Shown one piece after another: positions 26,679 through 38,033 of a DNA stretch of 64,000 nt (positions are counted from its first letter, which is position 1; each line of letters opens with the position of its first letter). Position numbers and translations under genes: made by a program. Source of the stretch: Vicugna vicugna (Eukaryota); the NCBI GenBank assembly GCA_013265495.1, contig MU058213.1, forward strand, positions 4,798,854-4,862,853, in the 5' to 3' direction. The notes beneath the pieces are model-generated. The model was not told where the DNA came from, searched no databases, and worked only from the letters and a program-made list of their open reading frames with translations.

Positions 26679-26885
26679 AACGTCGAGGTCCTGGCCAGCC
26701 GGAGCAGCAGCGCAGAGCAGACCCCGGTGGGGGTGGAAGTGCGCGTGAAGGCTCTGCAGGAGGAGAGTGAGAAGCTGCGGGCCTGTGTCGGAGAGCTGGA
26801 GCGGACAGTCGCGCGGCTGCACAGGCAGATTGCTGACATGAAGGGCGATGAAGCCAAAGTAAAGGAAAAGCTCAAGAAGTTCGAG
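26679..26885 (+). CDS. CGNL1: CGNL1 coding exon (1st of 11 in window), 207 bp, phase 0/0: NVEVLASRSSSAEQTPVGVEVRVKALQEESEKLRACVGELERTVARLHRQIADMKGDEAKVKEKLKKFE
   Basis: Acceptor ttgaacag| at 26671-26678 and donor GAG|gtgagg at 26886. Coiled-coil peptide resembles remembered human CGNL1 (NVEVLASRS...KGDEAK) and is in frame with the downstream exons. Confidence 0.93.
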
Positions 26886-27807
26886 GTGAGGCTCCCTGGG
26901 CTTTAAGTCCAGGCCTGGCACCCGGGGAGCCTTCCTTCCTGTGTACTCGGCTTGAGAAGCAGAAAGGGATTTGTTATCATAATTGAGTAGGAAAGGTCAA
27001 GGCCATCGTGAACATCTCTTTGCAGGCCATTTCTTTTGTTCCTCTCCGGGTGGTGCAAATGGGAGATGGGCTTCGAGAGAGGCCTGGGGAGGCGGCTGAT
27101 GGGGTCGGGGTGGGAAGCCCAGGTAGAGGCCCGGGAATCCCTGTTTGCCCAGACATCAGACGTGCTCAACCTTTTGACACTGAACAGAGGCCTCCCAGAC
27201 TCCCAAAGATGCCATCTGAACACTGCCCTCAGGCCCATTCTCACTCATGACTGTTGATTCTTTCCATAACATTTGGTTGTCAGCTTTTGAAGTCACACAA
27301 GTTTTAACACACCGATTATCTGGTTTGCCAGATCGCTGGAAGTAGAAGGCAGTTAGCAAGAGACACTCACCAATGGTGGTGAGAAATGGCAGCTGACAAT
27401 GAAAGGGGACAAAAGAAATGTAGAGGGAGGTGTATTCCAACAGAAAGTCCCCAGATGGTCATGCGTCAGCATCACCTGGAATCCTTTTCTTAAACTGTGT
27501 GCTTGAGTTCTTTTGATACCTGTTGTTTCTGAAGCTCTAGCACTGAGGCTGGATATTTCTATTTTCAAAAAAGTCATCCCAGGTGACTGATTCAGGTGTG
27601 TGCATCTGGCTAAGTACGGGACTGCAGACAGGCCCACACATCTGAGAACACGGCTGCCGTGTGCCATCCTGGGCCCCTGACGGGCACGTCGTCACCAGTC
27701 ACCTGGCTGTGTCTGTGGCTGTCTCCTGCATGCCTCTTACGCCACCAAGTCAGCTTCATGGGCACAGCACACATCTGGGGGTGCACTGACCCCGTGTGTC
27801 ATTGTAG

Positions 27808-27912
27808 GGAGAAACTCGGCAATTAGAGGAGGCCCTTGTGCACGCGAGGAAGGAAGAAAAAGAAGCCACGTCAGCCAGAAGGACCCTGGAGAGTGAGCTG
27901 GAAGATGCTCAG
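27808..27912 (+). CDS. CGNL1: CGNL1 coding exon, 105 bp, phase 0/0: GETRQLEEALVHARKEEKEATSARRTLESELEDAQ
   Basis: Acceptor cattgtag| and donor CAG|gtaaac. Translated by hand (absent from the ORF track); matches the CGNL1 RQLEEALVHARKEEKEA segment. Confidence 0.93.
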
Positions 27913-28048
27913 GTAAACATGGAGGGCTGTAGGCTTCATCCCCCACAGAGGAAGCCAGAGCTGCATGTGCAGGCTGCATGGGTCCTCTGCTTCTAGGTAG
28001 CCCCTTTTGTAGTGATAACCATCCTGGACTCATGCTGTCCATTTAGAC

Positions 28049-28237
28049 CTGTGGTTCTTATCTGGGTGGCATAGCAATGTCTGGAGACATCTTTGTGGTC
28101 ACAGGTTGGGGGATATTTCTGGCCTGTACTGGGCAGAGCCCAGGGATGTGTTTCCACATCCTTCCTGTTCAGCACAGGACAGCTCCCACAGCGCCAAATT
28201 CCCCGCATGTCCAGAGCGCCAAGGTAGAGGAGTCCTG
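28049..28237. mobile_element. MER20 hAT-Charlie MITE
   Basis: ctgtggttctta...gcaatgtctggagacatctttgtggtcaca...gcacaggacagctcccacag...gcgccaaggtagaggagtcctg. Confidence 0.8.
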
Positions 28238-29016
28238 CTCTCGACGTTAAAGAGCCTGACAGCTTTCAAAAAATAAAATGTGAGTTGTGTGAAGAGGCCA
28301 CCAGCTCTGTGGCCGAAGCCTATTTCCTTTCTCCTCTGGGCAAACAGACTCATCAGAGTACAATCCTTCAAGATGGCTATTGAAGGAGCAGGAAGAAGTC
28401 GTTTCCTTGAAGTTAGATAGCTATCTGAACTCAAAATCAGTAGATTCTTAGAAAATTAGATTTCCCCATTTGAAGGTTAGAAAGATTGTTTGAAGTACAT
28501 TCTTAAAGAAAAGAGAAAGGTCTGCACTGAGGTTCTAAGCTGACTTTGCACAGTGACCTCTGCCTGATTCAGATGTGTCCTTCCTTCTACCTGCTCTCGG
28601 GTTTTAAAGAGCCAGCTGCACCAGGCATCCCTCAGGCAAGTTTCTCAGGAGGTAAAAGGCAGTGTTTTTAAGCAGTGGTCTTAGAGGAGGCTGTTAAACT
28701 TTTCCATCAGGACTTGCTTGCCCGGCAAGGTCTGGGGAGGGGGGGTGGCACATGAAAAGTGTCAGGTGCTGAGTCAGGATTCAGATTTATAAATACCTAA
28801 CTGCAGCTTGCCTTCCACACACAGCCTCATCTCCTCGGGGCTAGAGGAGGGGAACCTGCTGGTACAAGGGTTCACTCTGGTCAGCTGAGGCTCCACAGCT
28901 CTCGCCCCCAAGTCCCCGCTCTGCACCTTCTCTCTGGCTGCGACAGGGACCGTGTTTTTACACGTAGTAAAGCTTGTTTTTTCCAAATGTTGGTGTTTGA
29001 CTGTTCTCTTTTTGGA

Positions 29017-29132
29017 TTTTCCTTCCTTCTTTCCTTCTTTCCTTCCTTTCTCTCTTTTCTCTCTCCCTCCTTCCCTCCCTTTCTCCCTTCCTTCCTTCCC
29101 TTTTTTCTCTCCTTTTCCTTCCCTTTCCCTTT
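29017..29132 (+). repeat. 116-bp pure polypyrimidine (CCTT/CT) low-complexity tract
   Basis: Only C and T from 29017 to 29132. Confidence 0.95.
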
Positions 29133-32100
29133 GTTACAAACCCTTGTTTGGCTGCTTTTCTGTGAATGGCAGTGTCACTGTGCTGCTGTTTCAGGCTTGT
29201 GATGGCTACAACCCAGCAACCAAAGTTTCAGGGTTTAAATCTCTGAACTAGCTGGGGACAGAAAGAGAGGAAAACATTTGTACTCTACAAAAGATCTGCA
29301 CCTTTGTCATCACGTCCACACCAGGCACTGGGTACAGCCATTATGGTTCCGTCTGTATCACCCGTTGGTCAAGCCAGAAAGTTTCACACAGAAGGAAGTG
29401 GTTCACCAGCTGTGAATCTGCAGCTCAGAGGAAATTCAGTGGGGAGAACAGATCATGGCCTCAAGGCCTAAAGATCTGAATGTAATCCCCACCCACCCCC
29501 ACCGTCCTTGCCTTGGAAGCGATCCCTGACGTGTTACTTTTGTGCAGGCCTGTTTCCCCAGCGGTGCTGAGATGGCAAGAATGTTTCGTGCAGCCTGTGG
29601 CTGTGCTAACCGGTGGTGGCAGCATAATCCAGCAAGAAGTTTAAAAGGGCCCAACAGCCTCAGCATCTTTATCTGAATTATCTGGTCTCTAAAGTAGTGA
29701 TATGAAAAGTGCACCAGCACTCAAAAATCCTTTGCCTTCTCTCAGATTGGGAACCGGGCTCCTTTAGTTCGCTGACTCTTTCTGCCTACCTCTCCCAGAG
29801 CTGGCAGCCGGAAGGGTGCTTACCCCCTAGAGCAAGAGGAGAGAGGAACTTTTTCTCTTGAGCATTTTATGTTTTGGAATCTTCGTGCCTTTAACAATCT
29901 GTTGCATCTTCTTGTGTAAATATGTCTTTACGTAGTAGCTGAAGACCACGTGAACTTAGGTCTAATTTATCGCGGCTCTGTCAGAAAGTGGCAAAGGTTC
30001 TTACAGGGGATGCTGTTCTTGGTTTGCCTCAGCCCTGCCACTGGGTTTAGGATTGTGCTGCTGTGTAAATCTACTTGAGCTGCATTCAAGGCAGAACCGC
30101 CTCTGCTTCCCTTGAGAAATTACTTATGCAGGTGGGAAAGCCGTAGTTCTTTCCTTCAGGGAGGGCTAGCGGTGTGTGGTGTGTATGCCTTCACCTCCCG
30201 TCCTCTTGGACTTCTGTGTATTGAGACCACAGAATAAGAAAGCACCACTGCTTTTGCTGTCCATGGTTGAGGTGTGACAAGGGCTTCCTTCTGATCAAGT
30301 TTGTCATTCCTTTAAGCCCGTAGGCTCACCTGCCACTTGGTTATTGTTAATACGGACGAGTCTGGGCCTTGCTCAGCCATGTAGTAAAAGACTCTGCATC
30401 CATTGACAGTTAGTGGTCCCCAAGCCCAAGGGTACTCACTGTCCACCCGCCAACCTTGCGTTTTGAGTTCTCTGACCTGATACATTTTCTTTAAAGTTTT
30501 GTCCCAAATCAGTGCTGCTGTTGGTGGAGACCATTTCACTCCTGACTCCTCAAAGCAAAGTTACCAAGTTTGCTGCTTTTCTTTTTGTGTGAATTTGAGA
30601 CATTTTCTCAGCAGTGACATATTGGAACATATTTCTTGAATAAGTGAAGAGGCAGAACATTGTTCTAAATGGCATTTCTAAACTTGATCATCTGTTAGAA
30701 TTATCTGGGTAACTTTCAGATGCAAATTCATGGGTCCCACTCTAAGAAGAATTGTGATTCCATCAGAAACGGGTAGATTCTGCATTTTACATAAGGAGTC
30801 CACCACCCTTTTTTGGTGATTCTGATATATGAAGTCTTCAGACCACTTTTGGGGGTAGGTATTAATTTTCAATCACTGAGTTTTTACCATATACCTAATA
30901 GTGAATTTGGGCTATGAGACACACCCAGATAGAAAATCTATTTCTATCCTTTACAGATCTTACCACTCTGCAGTAGAGACAAGCATACAAGAAATACTTT
31001 TAAAATCATTTAGCAAAACTATTCTAGGCAAATGTGTGTGTTAAGGTTACGGGAAGGTGTTGGCCAGGCCCCAGGCTCTGAGGGGTTGAGCCTGGGGTAT
31101 CTCCAGGGGCACCGCAGAGCCAGGTCAGGCGGGGAGCCCTCCCTGAGCCAGGGTGAGGCAGAAATGCACTCACCATATGAAGGTGGGATGGAGCCCCTGG
31201 GGCTGGGATCCAGAAGGAAGAATGAGGGAAGCTGCTGGGATCTGCAGGGGAGGGGTTGAGTTGGATCCTGATGGTTCTACAGGAAGGCATCAATGGCCCT
31301 CCATATCTTTTGTTTTTCAGGAATTGATATTTTGAGATACCTGTTCCTGAGAGTTTTCTCCCACACGACAGAACCATGCCTCACTTACCTTACGCCATCT
31401 GTGTGCCGCCCCCTGTCCCCAGCACCACTAAATCAACCGCAAACACAAGTCCCAGGGGCTGACCCTTTCTCTGGTGTGTGCCCAGCTGGAGGTGGTGGGA
31501 TGCACTCCCGCTAATTGCCCCACACTGAACTCCTGATTACCTTTCTTTTACCACCTTCTTTTCCAACTGCTTTTGTTGATCTTGGTCCCTGCGGCAATTA
31601 ACTTCAGCAACCCGGCTGTGTTGGCTGTTCCTCTGAGCGCAGCCCTCCACGGGTAGCTTTTCTGGCCCCAGGTCATGTGGTTGGCCAGCTTTGCAGAACT
31701 AGGAGTGCCTGAAGTTGATTTGTGAATGTTTTTAAGATGCCTGAGTTACTGCACGTGACAGCATCTCGTAAACTGTTGAGCACTGTGCAAATGTAAACCA
31801 CTGCCTTTTTTACAGGCTTTGTAGGGACACGAGACTGAGTGAGTGGATCCTAAGTGGTACCTGTGCTTAATGCACGTTCAGCCCGCAGTAACTAACATTT
31901 TTTCAGATGATCGAGCTCATGTTTGGGTCATTCTGAGCTGTGCCCCCTCCTTGATATCCTTACGCGAAAGGTCTTAATGCCTAGCCACTTAAAGACGCCA
32001 CCGTAATCTTCCTAAGATATTTTAGGTTGGTTGGTTTTAGCATTGCATGTTTTTTACATAAAGGACATCGGTCTGTGTGATGCTGTGAGATGAGAGCCCC

Positions 32101-32846
32101 AGAGGAGCCCAGGGGAAACACTGTACCCAAGATGGTGCATTTCATGATAAGTGCTAGTATTTGGTGCTGATTCACTGAATAACTACCCACATGCACTTTT
32201 TCTGACTAATGTCTCTTCCATTTAGTACCTTCTGTCCATCAGGTTCATTATCCTGTGCACTACCAAGTTCCTTTTCTTCTGTATATGAGTCCAACCCATG
32301 GATTCTGTTGATTATAACTCCCTCTACCCAAGTGGATTCTTGGCCTATGGAACAATGTACTCTTTTCTTACAGATTCATTTTTAGCTGTTGTAACTAAGA
32401 GTCACGTACATAGTAGAGAAAAGTCTAGAACATCAGGTGCAATGCTGCGTACTGCAAGATGTCATTTGCCATTTAGGTTTCCTAGTCTAATGTATAACTT
32501 TACCTTGGTTTTCAGGCGTGAACTCTGTCAGATTTTTGGACACTATCCTGAATCACCACCTCCAGCAGCTTGGGCCATTTTCCGTATTTCTGTAATGCAT
32601 CTTTTGTCTGCCCCTTCATTCCTGTGTGTATTTTTGCTAAAGTCAACTTTGCATTTTGGTCCCTGAGTTTCAGAACCAACAGTGTCCTTGTGTCTCTGTG
32701 ATGGCTTAATTTTGATCCTTTTCCTTATCACAGATGTAACAGGGCTGGTTGCTTTGTGGTGTGGCTGTAATGCTCCCTCTGCCACCTGTTCATGTGGCTG
32801 ACCTGGTAGGTAGGTGACAGAGCGGTCCTTCTTCTGCCGTCTGCAG

Positions 32847-32999
32847 AGAAATCTGAGTCGGGCCACCCAGGAGCAGAAGCAGTTGTCTGAGAAGCTAAAA
32901 GATGAGACCGAGCAGAAGGAGCAATTAAGGAGACTGAAGAACGAAATGGAGACAGAGCGATGGCACCTTGACAAGACCATTGAGAAACTGCAGAAGGAG
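32847..32999 (+). CDS. CGNL1: CGNL1 coding exon, 153 bp, phase 0/0: RNLSRATQEQKQLSEKLKDETEQKEQLRRLKNEMETERWHLDKTIEKLQKE
   Basis: Acceptor tctgcag| and donor GAG|gtgagg; lies within ORF 32814..33077. Confidence 0.95.
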
Positions 33000-33879
33000 G
33001 TGAGGGGGCAGGAGGAGGGAGAGGCTGTGGGGCCCAGCCACCCGCCGCCGCATCCACCCCGAGCCTGGCAGAGCTGAGGAGACCTGCAGTGTGTCTCAGC
33101 ACAGTGTCAGGGATTTGCAGATCCCCTGAAGCAGCTCTTCAGACTTGTTGATAATCCCAGTTACAGGGAAACTGGTCTAGAAAATGCCTGTACCCCCTGG
33201 ATCCTGGGACCAGGTCCTCTCTTCAGGTACTCAAGGAAGCCTGTCATGTCAGTGAAGACTTCACAGATATTTCCTGAACCAGAACCCCTGTCTTTGTGCA
33301 TCATCTATGCATTTTTACCTCTTTCTTGTCCAGGAGTACAAAAGGCAGTTTTAAAGCTTGGTACTTGCTGGCCTTCTGCTCATCTCTGCACTAAAACACC
33401 CAGAAGGGGAGCCTGTCAGCTCCCTGCAGTCCAGAGCTGACTTGAGTACTTGCCGTTTTGTGACACCTGCTGTGTGCACTTTCCCAGCTATTCTGTATCT
33501 ACTTAGAATTCTGTCTCTATCTGTGTATCGTTTTAATTCTCACTACAACCCTGCAAGGTTAAGATTACAGTTTCAGTATGTTTACCGAAGACACTGCAGA
33601 GGCCCAGAGAAGGGAGGTGATGCCCCCTTCATGAAGCTGGTAAGCGGCAGGGGAAGGATGCGACCCAGGACTAAAGATGTGCCCGTTCCCGCCTCTACGC
33701 TGCCCCCGTGTGAGAGGTGGCTAATCCGGGACAGCCCGTGACCAGGTGCTTTGCAGGCTTTGAGGAGCCTCGAGAAGGAAGAGGAAATGTGTTCTGTGTT
33801 TAGAGGGGACCCAAACCTAGCTCCCTGGCCCCAGACGGAGCATCACAGGGTGGGCTCACACCCATGTCACCTCTTCCAG

Positions 33880-34050
33880 ATGGCTGACATCGTCGAGGTG
33901 TCTCGCACATCAACGCTGGAGCTCCAGAACCAGCTGGATGAGTACAAGGAGAAAAATCGCAGGGAGCTTGCAGAAATGCAAAGGCAGCTGAAGGAGAAAA
34001 CTCTGGAGGCGGAAAAGTCCCGTCTGACTGCCATGAAAATGCAGGATGAG
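33880..34050 (+). CDS. CGNL1: CGNL1 coding exon, 171 bp, phase 0/0: MADIVEVSRTSTLELQNQLDEYKEKNRRELAEMQRQLKEKTLEAEKSRLTAMKMQDE
   Basis: Acceptor ctcttccag| and donor GAG|gtaatg; lies within ORF 33751..34119. Confidence 0.96.
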
Positions 34051-36380
34051 GTAATGCCTGGCTGGGTTAGTTCCCGGGTTTACCCCGTGTCCAGAGTATC
34101 CTCCGAGGGACTGCTTTGAAACTCTGCTAGGAGAGACTTGCGGTGGATTCCTAAGACAGCGCTTGTGCTTGGTTCTCAGGGAGGTTCCATGGGGGCGCAT
34201 GGCATTCTAAGACACCGACTTTTATATATGACTTTTAAGTTGACCATTTTCATGATTAGTCCAAGATTTTCTTCCAAAAAAGTTTTCCTGCCATTTGTGC
34301 AGCCTCAGTGGTGTGCCCGGCTGTGTCCAAATGATCTGTGTGTGTTAATGTTTTAATTTAATCCTAGAATGGGAATTACGGTAACCAACTTGGGTTTTTT
34401 TGCTGTTCATTTACCACAGACTTTCATTAGAGTAGGCGTGGCAGGTAAGAGTCTCAGCACAACAATAAAGGGGACAAAAAGCAATCTTCAGGAATTTATG
34501 AGTGCTGAAATTGCTAAAACATACTCTTGGTTTTTATATTTAAGAACAATAGAGCAAAGTGACCCAAACGTTAGCTCCCCTTTAGTCTTGAGTTTTCAAG
34601 AACAGAGGAAAATAAAGGGAATGCTTTTGATTATTTTAATGGAAAGCTGACGGCTCCAAAATGCAAGTACGGTGTTTCCAGCTCTGCCTCTTGCCAGCCG
34701 GGTGACCTTGAACACGTTACCGCAGCTTTCTCAGCATCTGTTGGTACCTCTTTAAAAGAATACGAAATCATAATGATTTAACAATTGAATGAGATAGCAT
34801 GTGAGACTGCATGGCAGAGGGTGTATGTATCCCGGACACTGATGTTAGGTTTCTTTCTTTCTTTTCTTTTCTTTTTTAATTTTAAGGCTGGCTTTTCTTT
34901 TTTTTCCTCATAAGCAGTGCCAAGAGCACTAAGATTCCACAGGAAAACAAGTTTTTCTTTAAAAAACAAACTTTTATTACCTTTGATGATCAAAGAAAAG
35001 TCACCCATGAGTCAGCGCTGAAACCCTGTGAAAAAACAATGGATATTTATTACAGGCTTCTAGAGCACTTCTGACAGGACCCTGAGAACAGATCCCCTCT
35101 GGCTCAGGGTCTTATGACACAGGACTCCAAGTAAGAGCCGAAATTAGCATCTGGACATCACAGTTCTCTTTGGCATTGAAAAATAATCATTTTCATTTCA
35201 ACAGCAATTGGGCGGGGGGATTCAGATATTTGCCAGAACACCAGCAAACATCTGGTATGCTGTGTTGATTTCAGAAAATCTGTGTCACAGTGACCCCTGT
35301 ATAGGGCTTCCCATCACGTTGTTGTATAATGTTATTCTGCTAGAATCCTGGGATTGGAGGGAACCTTAGAGATCCTCTAGTTAGATAAGGAAACAGATCC
35401 AGAGAGACTAGTTAAGGCCAGATGGAGACGCATGTTATTTATAAAAGGGCAGTGATTCAAAAAACAAAGGATTCCTTACGATGAAAACAAATGTGGCTCT
35501 TCCTAGATTTCCTCAGTGGGATAGCCCTGTGAGACACGGTTTCCATCTGAGTGACAGACGCAGACACCTCATCACCCTGAAAGGGAATGGCAGTCAGATA
35601 CCACTCCAAATCAGGGTGCTGAGGTCATGGAGTCATTTAAAACAAAAGTGAGTTAATAAGCCAAGGTCACTCTGGATCCTTGAAAAACTCAAGCTCAACT
35701 CTGTTCACTACTGTGCACCCCATTTTGGTTGAGCTGAATTAAAACTCTCAGTAAATAAAAAAGCTGCAAGGGTCCGTCCACCCTACATGCTATAGTTCTG
35801 CCTCCTTTGCTCTGAGAGGAATAGGCATTTACCTATTTTGCCTTTGGCGTAGAGCTAGCAAAGTTCTGAAGATAGTCTTTAGAGAATTAAGGGTTCACTG
35901 TTCTTTCGTTTATTTTTTGAACTCCTTTTAGCAAAGAGCAGCTTTAAGTACCTAAAGGTAGCACTTGTAGGTTGAGAAGTTCTTTGCTTCTTGTGATCCT
36001 GGACACGGTGCTGGGTGTTCTCTGGTGCATATTCACACCGAGAACTCTTGTGTGTGTGATAGAGCCCACCCTAGATGCTAGGAGGGACCGGCTGGCCGTC
36101 GGAAGGTGGGGATGTGCTGGGCTTGGAGAAGGATACCAAAAAGGAAATACGGACTGTACATGTATCTGTCAGTCTTTCCAACTCAAAAACCCATGTTCTT
36201 TTGGGGTGTTACTCGAGTCTCATAACAGCTCTTTTTTTTTAATGAGAACCACAATATATTGTTTATTTTTATTTTTATTTGTATAATTAAGCAAAATTAC
36301 TTAGAATTTAGATCTGACTGACCATGGTGAAAACTGCCAACAGTAACAATTTTAAAAACCCAGCAAATAGCTGAGTTATC

Positions 36381-36496
36381 CAAATGAACTTATTTACAAA
36401 ACAGAAACAGACTCATAGACAAAGAAAACAAACTCATGGTTACCAGAGGGGAAGGGGGGTGGGAGGGGATAAAATGGAAGTTCCAGATTTGCAGAT
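36381..36496 (+). mobile_element. Short fragment of a cetartiodactyl-type LINE-1 3' UTR
   Basis: caaatgaacttatttacaaaacagaaacagactcatagacaaagaaaacaaactcatggttaccagaggggaaggggggtgggaggggata is the typical L1 3' UTR segment in artiodactyls. Confidence 0.85.
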
Positions 36497-37304
36497 CACA
36501 ACAGCTCTTTAAGGTAGGTTTTATAGTTACCATAATATTGCAAATCAGGAAATGGAAGCACAGAGAGTTACTTTTAAAGACACTTTGTAGAGAGACTTTT
36601 TTTCATGCTCTGGCGTGTAGTGCGCCCTGCCTCCACAGAATGTCCTGTCATCCTTTCTCCACGGGGTGATTTTCACTTGGCACTTTCACTCAGAGCCTCA
36701 ACTCACAGTTGTCCCCACCCTTGACCAGACTAGGGTCTCGGTCTGAGGATGTCCTCTTCAGGACTGTGCTCATAGAAGCGTCAGGTGTTGCTGTCAGCCG
36801 CCCAGAGAGGCACGCATTTCCTCGTCCTCCCTCTGGGCTTCCTAAACTAGCCTCACCTCTTGGCTCCCCAGAGAGACCATCCTTGAGGCTTCCCTGACTT
36901 TTCTGCACCAAAGGCGGGTGCTCTCTAATGGAGTTTGCCAGTCGCTCTGGCTGTTGTGTGTCTTCCCTGAAGGAAATTCACCCTTGGTGTGTTCTCTTCC
37001 CACACCTGTGCTTTCACCTGCTACCCTCTGCCACCTCCAGGAGGGAAGGAAGTTGAGAACAAAACAGCCTTGGGCTTCACGGAGTTAGCCCACACAGATG
37101 TTTAAGGAATACCTGCCGTGTGCTGAGCTGGCTAGCCCGCTGGTCCCCCTGGGGAGATTCCAGAGGAGTGGAAAATGCAAACAGCCCCATGTGAATCAAG
37201 TGCTTTGTCTGCTGCACTTTGTTCAGAGCTGTTAGTTCAGTGCCACCTTGTGGAGGAACAACACACTGTAAGTCATGACAGCTGAAAGCATAATGCTCTT
37301 CTAG

Positions 37305-37705
37305 AGCAGTGGCTTTTATGTCATGTGCGTGTTTATGTTAATAGATTTTGTGCCTGCAGGTTGCTTTGGGGGTCACTATTTTCCCTTCATTTCCCCCTAA
37401 CTTTAAACCTCTGTTGAGAGGAGCCTGACACAGGTGGGCAATAAACTACACTCTGGGAAATGCTTACCTAGTTCAGGGGCTTTCAAGTGTTTTTGGCCAT
37501 GACCTACAGTAAGAAAGATACCTTTCCTGTATCCCAGTGATATCTAGATCTGTACAAATATATGAATGTCTAATAGAAAATTTCACAAAACATTATTTGC
37601 TTGTATTGCTCTGATATTTTTTTCTGTTATATTTAAGGCTTGCCAACATCTGCTGAACTGAGTTTATAATCCCGTGGGTTGCGCTCTGGAGCTGGAAAAC
37701 AGCTG
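37305..37705. mobile_element. One or two adjacent degenerate hAT-Charlie-type MITEs
   Basis: TIR-like ends cagtggctttt / ctgggaaatgc and caggggctttcaa / ggaaaacagctg; internal gacctacagtaagaaa. Family not identified. Confidence 0.45.
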
Positions 37706-37871
37706 CTTTTTATATAGAAACTGAGGCCGAGGGAGGTGGCTCTTGCTCACAGTCTTCTGATCTACAGTATAGTGGGGGACCCTGATCTTAGGATCAGCCT
37801 GTGCCCTGTCTGCTGAGATCTCTGCGCTCCTGACTTGCCCAGATAAACACCCCAGCTCCTCCTCATTCCAG

Positions 37872-38033
37872 ATGCGGCTGATGGAGGAAGAGTTACGGGA
37901 CTACCAGAGAGCTCAGGAAGAGGCGCTCACCAAAAGGCAGCTTCTGGAGCAGACGCTCAAGGACCTGGAGTATGAGCTGGAGGCCAAGAGTCACCTCAAG
38001 GATGACCGAGGCAGACTCGTCAAGCAGATGGAG
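37872..38033 (+). CDS. CGNL1: CGNL1 coding exon, 162 bp, phase 0/0: MRLMEEELRDYQRAQEEALTKRQLLEQTLKDLEYELEAKSHLKDDRGRLVKQME
   Basis: Acceptor cattccag| and donor GAG|gtctgt; 5' part of ORF 37872..38261. Confidence 0.96.
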
